Shown here piece by piece: positions 8,901 through 20,900 of a stretch of 64,000 bases of DNA. The translations under genes were made by a program, and so were the position numbers. The notes under the pieces are model-generated. The model was given only the letters and a program-made list of their open reading frames with translations. It did no database searches and was not told where the DNA came from. The stretch's first letter is position 1. Every line of letters starts with the position of its first letter. The stretch is taken from the IMG/VR virus record IMGVR_UViG_3300002461_001229. One strand, 5' to 3'. Origin of the DNA: a virus.

Positions 8901-11900
8901 ACCGATTGCTTCATCGCCGGCGTGATGTCGACGGAGTGAAGCGACTCATACTTCGTGCCGAGCAGATATGCGGTCAGCTCGTCAACACTCATCGCCCTGG
9001 CATCCGCTTCCGAAATATCTCTACCGGTGGAAACAAAATCGTTCAATTCGCGAATACCAATGGCGTTGCGGGTAAGAAAATCATCAGCTACCTTTCGCAG
9101 CTCGTTCCGGTCGCGCTGCCCACCGAGCGTGCTGCGCTCGTCGTTGATAGTAGGTATTTCTGTCCGGCCAACCTTCGCCCCCCACTTCTTCACGTACTTG
9201 CTCACAAAGCCCGGGACCATCTTGTCGTAGAAGCCGCGCATACCCTCGCCGCCGATTTCGACCTCGGCGATGTCCTCGATAAGGACGTACTGTTCGCTGA
9301 GGATCTTATCGGCGATCGCCTTTGGAAGAACTTCTGACAAGTGTTCTCCCTCGGTCTTTAGCAAAGCGTCCGGAGCTGAGATCACAACACCGTTCTCGGG
9401 GTCCACCTTTAGATACAGGTCGCCGCCGTCTCGCCGCAGGGTGATGTGGAGATACTCCTGGTCCGGCCTTGTCGGATGGTTGGAATCGAAATGGTCAATG
9501 CCCGACTCGATCTCATCGACCACCTTCGACAGGCTCCACCGTTTGTTCTGCTGCTTACCGGTCGTCCAGGCAACGCGATCGTAGCCTTCTTCGACCGCTC
9601 TGCGGAGCATCTTCTTGAACGCCAGCTCGTGCCAGGACTTCTTGAAAGGAGCATCGGGAATTGCGGAAAACTTGCCACGCCACGATTGCTTAGCAGCTTC
9701 CGCCGCTCGTTCTTTTGTTGGGCCGTAGCCAATAATGTCGCCGTGAGGTGACGAAATCGCAGCTTTCCATTCCCCCGACGCAACACCTTCCGTGGTGGTC
9801 CACTCAAAGACGGGCTCGGGCATTTTTGTGTTGTAGCCCTGTTTCCTTCCGCGTTGGTGCCAATCGCTCTGAATCTCCTCGATCACGAATACACGCTTCC
9901 CATCGGCGTCGATGCGTTCGGTCGCCCGCACCCAAAACAGGATGTTTGGCATTCCGCCGAAGTGGCCGGTGGTGAACGCAGGGCTGTTCGCGTCGTTGCC
10001 GAGGTCGATGTCCGTAAGCCTGTCAAACTCGGCCTGTTCCGCCTCCGTCCAATTTTGCCACACCGCTTCTCCGCTTCCGTATTTCGCGGCGAGCTCATCG
10101 CGATACTTCATCCGCAACATCGAATACTGCTGCGGCAGGGTGAAGACGAATTCGCGGTAGTTACTGTGAGGTCCTGAGAGTCGCCAATCCGGGTTGTCGT
10201 ACTGAAGAGCTCCGGTAGCCGGGTCCTGTTCGTCCATCGCACCGTCAGCTCCGCGGGCTTCGCGAGACGCCATTCGCAGGTTGTCCCATGCTTCTTCCAA
10301 CTCTTCGTAGTCGTCTTCCTCAATGCCCCAATACTCTTCACTGCTGGCCCCGATCACGCTTGTTAAGGCTTCGTCAAGATCGTCGTCTTGGTCGGCGCGG
10401 TTGAGAAGGTCGTTTATGAGTTGCTGCCGAGTTGCTTCCACGGTTGCCGGTATTATGTCCCACGTGTCGAGGTCGAACATCTCGGCGAGCTCCTCCCGAG
10501 CCGCCTCGTGGCGCTCGTCGACGTCGGTCGAGTTGCGGTCGGCCGGCGAGCGTTCGTCGCGTTCACGCTTGCGAAGCACCTTTTCCTCGATCTGGATACG
10601 GGCGTCTCGCATGAATTCGAGCATCTCGTCCTTCGTCACGGTCCGCTTGCCTTCAAGCCACTCATCGACGCCGAGCCATTCCACTTCCTCGCGCTTGATG
10701 CCCGGACCTTCGAGGATCTTCCGCACCTGATCGGCCGGAGCACGATTCGGCATCTTCGTTTCGATCGCTCGTTCCGCGGCCGAGTAAAACGCAGGAGCGG
10801 CTGCCGGTTCGGCGATGGAGAGCATCGTCGAATCACCTTCTGCTTCGGCATTGAACGCGTCCCGAGCTTCCGGGCTGCGGAAATGGAAGCCGGGGATCGC
10901 TCCGTCCTTCTTGAAGCTCGAATAATAGCCGCCGTGCGTGCGGGCGATGGCCGAGATCCGCTTGAACTCGTCCTTGTTCATTTTCGGACCGGTCGGCTTG
11001 GCGACGTAGATCATGTGACCCTGCGTCGTATGCTGAAATTCACGAAGATCGAACGCGTGCTGGCCGTGCGGAATCGCTGCGGCCCGCCCCGATGCGTTTT
11101 GCTGTGCCCTGGCTTCCCGCTCGGCCTCGAACTTTGCTTCACGTTCGATCGCTTCCTGCTCGGCCCTGCGGGCAGCCTCGCCGCCATACGGACGTGGCGG
11201 GATCGTCAGCTCCTCGAACTCGTCGAACAGCTCGTCGAACGTGCGGACGTCAGAAAGATCGAGCAGCCCCCACGGTTCGTGGAGTTCAAGTTCCTTCCCG
11301 GCAAGTTTGTCGAGCACGACCATCCGCGTTTTGACGCCGGTGCCGGCACGTTCGAAGGTCTTCGTCGGCAGCGAGATCTCGGCGGTCTTGACGACGCGAG
11401 TGCTTGCCGGCACTATCCTCGGACCTGCAATGACCTTGTCGAACCGGTCGGAGCCTCTCAGCTCCATTGTCATTGGGCTGCCCTGGGCGTCGGTGCCGTG
11501 GAGTGTTGCGATGAACTCAAAACCGCGGCGGACGGTCTCAGCTCTGGTGACGCCGTAGATAGTCCCTTTGTCGGTGACTTGGACGGTGTCGCCCTCGTAA
11601 AGCGAGAGCGGCGCAAAAGTGTTCGGATCCGATCGCACTATCAGCTTGCGGGCCTTTTCCGTCTGCCCCGCCATCAGCTGCTCAAGCCGCTTGTCGGCGG
11701 CCGGGCCTTCCGGCAGTATCGCCACGACGCGGCCATTGGTTCGCAAATGCTCGAACGCTTTCGCGAGGTGCTCCATCGCGGTCTTGCCGCCCTTTCCGTA
11801 CGGCGGATTCATCAGGACGACGTCGAACTTGTTCGCGCGAACGTCGAGCGATTCGAAGACGTCCTGCTCGAAGCGGTTGGTGTCGGACGGCGGTATATGC

Positions 11901-14900
11901 AGCCGTAGCCTGGTCATCAGCTCCTGCGAAGGTTCGATCACGGTGTTCCGTGAGGTCTGCGGCAGGAAGCGGGCGATCGCCCCGTGGCCGGCACTCGGTT
12001 CGAGGACGCTGTGGCCAGCAGCGATATCGGCAAACTCGACCATCTTCAAGCCGAGCGGTTCAGGTGTCGGATAGTAGTCCTCGCCCTCGGCCGATTTGGT
12101 CTTTGAGGTCTTCTTCTGCTGGCCGAAGAAGAACGTCTTCGCCCGCTCATATTCGGATATGGCCTGCTGCCCCGCCCGGTCACGCTCCTTGCCCCCGACG
12201 CCGTCCAGCTCGGTCGGCATCGGATCGGTCCGCGGTTCGAGGAACGAATCGATTATCGACTGCCGGAGAGCTCGGGCCTCTTCGCCGAGCGAGAGGTTCT
12301 CGGCGGTCGAGGAGCGTTCTGCCATGGTCTGTGCGAACGCGGTCGCCTCCCATAGCGTTCCGGTCGTGAAATAGAACATCGGAGCGTTGGTCTTGGTGCC
12401 GAGACGGTAGATGCGGCCTTCCTTCTGGATGGCCTCGACCGGACGCGACGGCAGCCCGAGGTCGATCATTACCCGCTGATGCTTGCCGGTCGTGTCGTGA
12501 AGGCTGATCCCCGCCTGCCCCTTGTCGGCCTGGACGAGGATGATATCGATCTCGGAGTTATCCGTGTTGAAGATCGCCATCGACTCGCGGTTCGCTTTTT
12601 TCGACTGCGTACCGTTGAGCTGCACGTGTTGCAGGCTCGTGGCTCCACCCTTGAACGATTCGGCGAAAGTCTCGATCGGCGATTCCAGCCCTTCGAATGG
12701 CAGAGCGATCAGGTCCGGCCGTTTTCGCGTGAATTCGGCGTAGAGATCTTTCAGATTGACCTCGATGGTCTTGCCGCCGACGCTGATCAGCGTCTTTTCG
12801 TTCGGCACCTTCGGCTTGAACGGATGGAAACCGCCGCCGACGTTGAACTTGTGGAAGACGACGACCTTGCGGCCGGCTTCGACGTGGGCGTCAATGATCG
12901 GCACCGCCGCCTTGGCCTTGATGGCTTCGAGCAGGAACATCCGGTTGTGGTAACTGAAGCTCTTATTGACGATCTCGGCAAGCGGCCGGAACCTTCCGCC
13001 CTCGGCTTCCTGCAGCCACTTCAGGCCGTCGTCGATCTTCTGGCCAATGCCCTCTTTGATCAGCAGGAACTCGCGGGAATAGTCCTGGTCGATGCCGAGC
13101 ATACGGCCGCTCAGGACACGCTGCTGTTTCAGCCACGTGTTGAACTGCCGCTCCATGATGTCCGTATCTACCTCCGGCCCGGGTTCGGTCAGCTTGTTGT
13201 ACCGCATCCGGTAGCCGAAGTGCTCGATCATGAACGCTTCTTGGTTGTTCGGCTCGTTGTAGTGGCGCGTCCGTCCGAGCTGGTCGTCCGGGACCTTTCC
13301 ATCGTCGTAGTCGAACAAATAGCCTTCCGCGTAATCGACCGATTTCCGATAAGCGAACGGCGTCGCCGAAAGCATCAACGCCTTGCCCTTTGGTTCGTCG
13401 GCAATTCGCCGGTCCCACTCGGCTACGGCGGCATTTCCGATCTTCTCGATCTGCTTGTTCAGCGTAGCGACCGCATCTTCGAGTGAACGCAGCTCCTCGC
13501 GGGCCTCCTTCGCGCGATCGGCCATTTGCGGGCCTTCGTCCTCGTAGCGCTCGAGAAGAGCCCGTACGACCTCGATCCGGGCTTCGGCCTGTTCGCGTTC
13601 GGTGACCTCCTTGATGGTCGCCTGCCGCCAATAGTCCATTTTCCCGCGTTTGTGCAGTGTCATCGCCCGCAACGCCTTCGACGCCCCGGTCGGCTTACCG
13701 TCCTTGTTCGACGAAAGCGTATGAGCCTCGTCTGCCACGATCAGGTCCCATTGACGCTTGATCAGCGACGGGTTCTGCTGCATGTTCGCGTAGGTCGTGA
13801 TAACGATGCCCTCAGCGCCGTTGTCTTGCGTGTCCGCGAGCTGCCGGACCTGCAGCCCAAAGTTCGTGGCGGCCGAGATCCACGCGTTCGCGATCTCCTG
13901 CGACGGCACGACAATGAAGATATTGTCCTTGCCCTGCATCGCCATTCGCTTGACCACTCCGAGCCCGGAGAAGGTCTTGCCGGTGCCGGTGCCGTTGGTC
14001 AGCATCACGCCGTTGCCATCGCGGACGAATAGGGCATCTTCGACGAAACGAACGTCCTCGTGCTGCTCCTTGAAGAGCACCGGAACGGTCGCCTGAATGT
14101 TGGCCAGGTCGCCGATCTTGACCGATTTACCTTCGGCAGCCTTCTGCTGTTCGAGGCGTTCCGCTGCGTCCTTCGATTCCGGCTCGGGAACCGAATCAAT
14201 GATGTCCTCGGGTGTGGTCAGGTCCTGCCCGATCACTCCGTCGCGGATGTCGGCGACGAACTGCACGATATACGGCTTCATCAGCCGCAGCGTCTCGTTA
14301 TCGTAGCCCTCGGCCCGCATCTGGTCGATCAGCAGACGCATCGCGTCGCCGATGTTTTGAGCGGCATCCTTGAAGTGGTTGTAAGCCTCTAGGAAGTGTG
14401 GCTTAGCGGCCTGATACGTCTCATCGTCGAACGCCGGCACGGTCGAGGATTTGAACTTCTTCGGATCGAACAGCTTCCCGAGCCCCTTGATGGCCTCGTC
14501 GATGCCTTTGCCGGTCGACTCTTTGGCAGATGTGAGCTTGTCGGCAAACTCTTTCAGGATGTATCCGTCGTAGGCTTCAATGCGACCGCCCGGATAGTGC
14601 TCTAACTGCCTTTGAGCGATCGCCGGATCAACGATATTGCCCACCTGCTCGACGCCGTTCGCGTCATAGACGCGATACTTTGTGATCGGTACTGAGCCTC
14701 TCGGGATTGAGGTCTGCTTTGCCGCAGCCCTTTGCTTTTTCGTCGTGCCGCGAGATTCGGCACTGCGGTTGGCCTCGATCTCGTATTCCCAGACGTTTTC
14801 GTTTGAGACTTGATAGATGGTGTGCGTGTTATCGGTCAGGCCGAGTTCGGCAGCACGGTCAGCAAGATGCTTGATCGCCCCACCGACCGCCGCAATGGCG

Positions 14901-17900
14901 ATGTCAGACTTTGCGACCTCGTCGCGGCTCAGGCCGCTCGGTGCAACTGCGAGGAAACCGTGCCCGGCTTCGATCGCTTTTCGTACTTTCTTTTGGTTGC
15001 CGAGATAAACCGGCTCGGTGCGAGATTGTTCGCCAAAAAGGTTGGTGGTCGGGGCTTCGCCGGCAGGCGGCACCAGCTCGTCGAATAGGGCTCCGAGATC
15101 TACTTCAGTTCGCGGAACAGCTTCTCCGCCAGCGTCGCTTGCTGCTTGCTGATCATCGGAGATTCCTTCCTGAGATACTCCATCGCCTCGTCCAGCGTCT
15201 CGATCGACGGCATCGGGACGCTCGGCTGCTTCCTCGCGTACATTGCTATCGCCTGGTGTTCCTTCCAGAGCGGAGCTATCTCCAAAAAGGCTCTGCTCAC
15301 TTCCGGGTTCAATCCTTTGGCCCGGAGGCTTCGCATCGCTCTCTCGCAGGCTATCCGCATCTCCGGTTCGCTCAGTCGGAACATCGTCTTCCCGAACTTC
15401 GACATCATCGGTTCCGTCCTCGCTATCCGGTTCCAGATCTCGCTCGAAATAGTCATCATAAACCTTTGCTCCTTCCGGGATTCTAACATCAAAGCCGAAG
15501 TAGTAATAAAAATCGTCCTCCGTGACGACGTATTCGCCCGGTGCTTCGAACTCACTGAACTCGCCAACATGCTCAATTACGACATCCACCATCGGCGGAA
15601 GATCGCCCTCGCCGGCATAGACCTCCTCGACGTAAACAAAATCATCGTTCCGTCCGATCACATAGGCACCGCGGAACGCCGGTTCAAGCTTTTTGTTTTG
15701 TTCCCATTTGTGCGTGTAGCCGTAAACATCGATCAGCTGCTGGAGCGTGACCTTGCCGTCCTCTAAACCGCCCTCTATCTCGGCAACATTTGCGGCAACT
15801 TCTGAGGCGGTTTTCGCATTTCGGAGCAGCTCGTCGGCCTGTCTCCCGAATTTGTTCGAGGCGATCAGGTCGTAGATCTTCCGTTGAGCTATCGTCAGCC
15901 CCTCGCGGCCGATCGCGGCTTGCCGGACGAATTCGTCTAGGTTCGCACCGCGGAGCTCGGCCTCGCGGATCCACTCTATCGCGGTCGCGGCATCGGCGAT
16001 CAGCTGCTGGACCGCCTCGCTGTCCGTGTCTTCGCCCGACCAGCGGGAAATAATGCCCTGTGCGGCCGAGGAAGCCTTCGGCGTCGCTTTGTCGTTCCGC
16101 GTGTCGTAGAGCAGCTCCCCGATCTCCTCGCCGAACGTCTCAATGACCTGCCGGCGTGCTTCGGTTTCTGCCTTACTGAGCAGCGATTCCTTGATCGCCG
16201 CTTTGGAGTTATCCTCGGCTTGCTTTGGCTCGATCGCGGTCGGGCCGTCCTGAGCGAACAGACCGGTGTTGTCGGCTTCGAGGCCGAACAGGTCGGTCTG
16301 CTCGGCGCCGCGGAGCGCTTCGAGCGACGGTGGTTGTGCCTCCGGCGTCGCGGCATTGTCCGCCTGGTCCGTCTCACGCACCTCTTCCTTCGAGGGGAAA
16401 TACCAATCGAATTTTTGCTTTCCGGCCTTGAACGGAGGCGTGTTGCCGAGTGCCTTTTCGAGCTCGTTGATGTTCGCCTTCGCCCATCCGATATGGGTCA
16501 GGACGAGCTTCATGTTGACCGGTGCGCTGTTCCAGAGGTACTGATCAAGCTCCTCGGTCGCTTCCGGATTTTTCAGATCGGCCAAATTCGCGTTATAGCG
16601 ATTTGTCAGCCGCTCAAGTTCTGCGCGTTCCGCCGCCAATGCTTCTTCATTCGAGGCGTATCCCTGCCCTTTTTTCTTTGGAAACTTGCCTGCGTTATAG
16701 AACGGGTTCTCAAAAGCAAGCACATCGTCCAATGCCGGGACCTGAGCCGCCACCGAATTCCGGAAATCGCGGTGCCGTTCGCGTTCGGCCTGCCGTTCTG
16801 CCTCGGCTTCCTTGCTCAGCTCTTCGTCTTCTTGCTTTTCTTGCTCGGCAAAGAGGCCGGACGTGTCGGGGTTGCCGACTTCGCCTTCCGGTTCTTCCTT
16901 GAAGATGCTCGTTTCGCTGCCTTGATCGCTATCCGGTGCGCCTGATCCGTCAGGTTCGGGAAGCGTGTCCGCAGCTCCTCCATCCGTTTCTCCCCTATCT
17001 CGGGCGATTTCGAGGATCTCGCCGATGATGTCTTCGATGATGTCCGGGTCAAGTCCATAAATTCCTCCAAAGTCTTTGAGTATTTCGATCTCCGCATCGC
17101 TCACGCCTGCGGACCGCTCGAGCTCGGCGAGTATCGGTGCGACGGCGGGATCCGTCATGAATCGCTCGATAACACCGACCAGGCCGTATTCCTCTCGCGG
17201 CATCGTCATCAGCTGGTCGACCGCGGCCCAATCCATCGGCCCGCCCCACGTTTCCTCGGAATCTTCAGCGTAGGCCGCGAGGTACGCCCGGCTCATTGCT
17301 GCCCGCTTTTCCGGCGTGTCAGTCAGGCTGCGGTTTTCGGGATCGGCGGTCAGAGCCCGCGTCGTGTCGGACGTTTGCGGAGCCGTTACGAACGTACGTT
17401 TTATCCGTTGTATCGTATCGAATGCTTCGCCGAGAAGATCGTCCACGTGATCCTCTAGCAGCACATCCATGTTGATGCCGTCGAAGAATCGCGGGTCGGT
17501 CAGGCGTTCGATGACGTCATACAGCGAATGAATGTTCTCGTCCGTAGGCTGCTCCAGCAGTTTGTACTGTTGGGCAGCCTTGACGAGCTGTTGAAGCACG
17601 TCCTCCGTGAACTGCACCCATGCCGTTTCCTGCGAGTCCATGTAGGACGTGATTTCGGCTTGCAGTTCGCGGATCCTCGCACGCAGCGGCTCCCGCTGGG
17701 CCTTTGCCGCCTTGCTCTGGCCCTTGATAGCGTTCACCTGGGGTTTGATCTTCTCGATCTCCTCCAACTGCCCTGCCGTCGCGTCCGGGTCGATCTCGAA
17801 GGTCTGGAGCGTATCAAACAGGTCGCCGATTGTCGCGGCCGTGTCGCTGAACAGGTCCTCAGCGGTCCGGCGATTCGATTCGGTCGGCTTTTCTGTTTTG

Positions 17901-20900
17901 AACTTTTTCTCCAGATCGGCGACGGACATGATCGTCCTGTCCGTTCCGCGTTCGAGCCTGATGCCAATCTGGCCTGACTTACCGAAATCCGATTGATGGC
18001 CCGTAACTTTCCATGGCTTACCGCCCGTGCGATGAAGCAGCTTGCGGCCAACAGGATATTTGGCCTTGAGGTCTTCGGGCTTAGGAGCGGTTGTCGTCGC
18101 CATTGCTGCAAGCTCGGCTTCTAGGCTGTCAAGCTGCTGCTCTGCTGCGGCCAGAGCGTTCTCGTCAACCTCGTCGGCGTTCTCAAGTTTTTTGATCTGC
18201 CGCTTGGTTTGTGCGAGTGCCTTTTTGACTGTTTCCGGCGTCCGCTCTGGCTCGGGCAGCGGGCCGTTCTGCAATCCCACCTTCGTGATCGCCGAGTCCG
18301 GGTTTGCGGCAAGGAATTCGTTCAGCGTGCCGTCCGGCAGCCATTCGTCAACATCCGCTTCGGCAACATAGGCGGTAAGCCATTCGCCCTTCGATTGATC
18401 GTAATGGCGAACCTTGAACACACTCTCATTGTTCGATATCGCCTCACCGATGATCCTGCCTCGGCCGGAAAGTTCGGTCGCCGGCGAGTCGGCGGTCGTA
18501 AACGAAATGTCGCGTCCGCCGTTCGATCGATCGGCGTGTTTGTCGAGGGCCTCGGGGCTGATCTTATCGAGCTCCTTGCGAAACTCATCATCCGGCAGAC
18601 GGGCAATGCGTGCCTTATCTGCGTCCGCCGCCTTCACTTCCGCGTCAAACAGCGACGGGGCAGAATCTTCCTCCGGCACCAGATCGTCGAACATCTTGCC
18701 GAGGTCGTCGTCGGACGGCGTATCGCCACGCATTTCGATCGGCTCGTCGAACATCGGCCCGGATCGCAAACCCTGCTTGTCCGGCGTTCCGAGTTTTTCA
18801 TAAGCGTAGTCGCGGCCGGCTCGGCTGATCTGCTCTTGCGATCCCGTTTTCGTGTCGAGGAGGAACCACTGTTGCCCGTTCGGCGTCATCCTGCCGGTCG
18901 TTGCAGTAAAGCCCTGTTCGATCAGCTTGTCGATGTGCTTCCGCTCTCCATCGGAAAGAGCCTCGTCCTGGTCGTCGTCCTGACGAGTGTCCGCAATGAA
19001 TTCGCGGTTCCCTGCGGTGTCGATGTCGCCTGCGTCGTTGACGACGAACTTCTGCATCAGCGAGGAGTCGAGTGTTTCCGAATCGACCTTGGCCTGCTCG
19101 ACCGGGCTCATCGCCGCAACTGTCGATTTGTTGGCATCTACTGCGATCTGCCGCAGGTCGCCGTCTTCGAGCTTTGTGTTGTCGAGGATCCCGACATACA
19201 TCAGGTTGTCGCCCTGAACGCTCGGGTCCTTTGATTTCGCGAATCCCTGGTACTCCTCGAAACGCTCCGGGTAGCGTTCGCGGGCGAGGTCGAGCGCCAG
19301 CGTCCGGCCGTTGCCGGTGATCAATGCGTACTTGATCTTTCCGTCGACCTCGACCGGAACGACGAGCATTCTGCCGTCGCCGGCGTTGACGTTGTCGCCG
19401 AGCTTCGCCGGGATCAGGTTGCGTGCTATCTCATCGGCCTGAGCGTCCGAGGCGATGGAGTCACGGTCACGCGGCTGAAGCAGCTCCGGATAACCTTCCT
19501 CCCACGAACCGATGATGTCGTCGCGGCTGATCACGACCGGGACCACATCGTACTTGTCGTTGGTCGAGGTATAGACCGTATCGATCGGCATGTCCTCGGT
19601 CGGCGTGAATTTCTGGATCGCGGCACCCTTTCCGGAAGCTGCCCGCCCGGTGCGGATCTTCCGCACGACCTCGGCGGTCGTCGGCTGTCCGGCAGGCTGT
19701 GCCGGCTGTCCGGCCTGCCCCGGCTGCGGAACGCGTTCGATGATCTCTCCCCCGAAGTCCTCGGCACCGAATTGCGTCGGCTGCCGTGCCGATGTCGTCT
19801 GCTTCGGAGCTTTCGGCGGCTTGTACTCGGTCAGGCTGGTGCCGCCGATCGCGAGCTGCTCCGGCGTGAAGAAGTCCTGCCGATGGTAGAACTCTTCGCC
19901 CGGTCTGCCGCGGTAATCGTAATCGACGACGAACTTGCCCTGCCGAATTGCGACGATGCGGCCGGTGCCTTTGCCTTCGATCTCGACTTCCTTGCCTATG
20001 ACGTTGCGAGGAAGCCTTGTTTTTGGTTTTGCCTGCCCCGCTGGCTGCGTTGGAGGCGTTGCCGGGGGTGTTTGGGTGCCTTCAGGCGTTTGAACGCCTC
20101 CAGCGGGCTCTGTGGCCGCCTGTTGAGGCGTCTGAACGGTTCCCGGAGCGACCTCGTTGGCAATATCGTCCAATGCGGCCGTATCTCGCCCGCCCATATC
20201 AAGCCCGCGGACCGTCGCCTGGCCGGTCCGGTCGCCGAACTTTTCGAGAATGGCGGATTCGCCCGCATCCTCGGCCGCCTGTGGCGTGCGGAGCTCGCCT
20301 TCCGGGATCTCTGCTTCCGCTTCCGGCTGTTCGCCCGGCATCCGGCTTTGACGGATGCCCTCGCCGATCACAGAGCCGACCGTCTGCGTTCCGCCGCCGA
20401 GGATGCCGCCCGTCGCGCCGCCGATCACGGCAGAATGGAAGTTCTCGGCGATCGCCTTTGGCAGCTCGTCGAGAAAATTGAGGATCAGGCGGCCTTCGCT
20501 CGGGTTTTGAGCGGCAATGGCCTTGACCGCAGCATCCACGAACGAAGACTGAGCCCACTCTTGGATCGCTTCCTCGGGCATTTCGCGAGCGATGCCCTGT
20601 GCAGCTCCGCGGCCGGCCGCTTTGGCGAACTCGACCATCGACCGGGAAAGCGTCTTGACCGATTCATCGGAGAGCTCGGTGCCGAGCCGGGCCAGCATAC
20701 GGTTTGCCGTGCCGCCCAATCCGAACTTCTCCATGTAGCCGGAGCCGGCACCGACGAGGACCGCCCAATTCTTGGCCTGTTCGACGGGAATGCCCGCTTT
20801 GACCATTTCCTCGAACGTGTTGCCGATCTCCATTCCGGCGCCGAGTGCAGGGATCGCGTACTTGAACTTCTTGAGAGCAAAACCTGCCCCGAGGAAGACG

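Noticed and set aside
10388-11908. 506-aa plus-strand ORF and many other long plus-strand ORFs across 3000-24000
   Set aside because: Antisense shadows of the giant gene; no SD, promoter or domain motifs.
17734-18606. Other same-strand alternative-frame ORFs in the giant gene (e.g. 17734-18111, 18322-18606, 22180-22824)
   Set aside because: S/R/P-rich shadow composition, no SD-ATG pair, and no switch of main-frame codon usage, unlike nested genes A-C.
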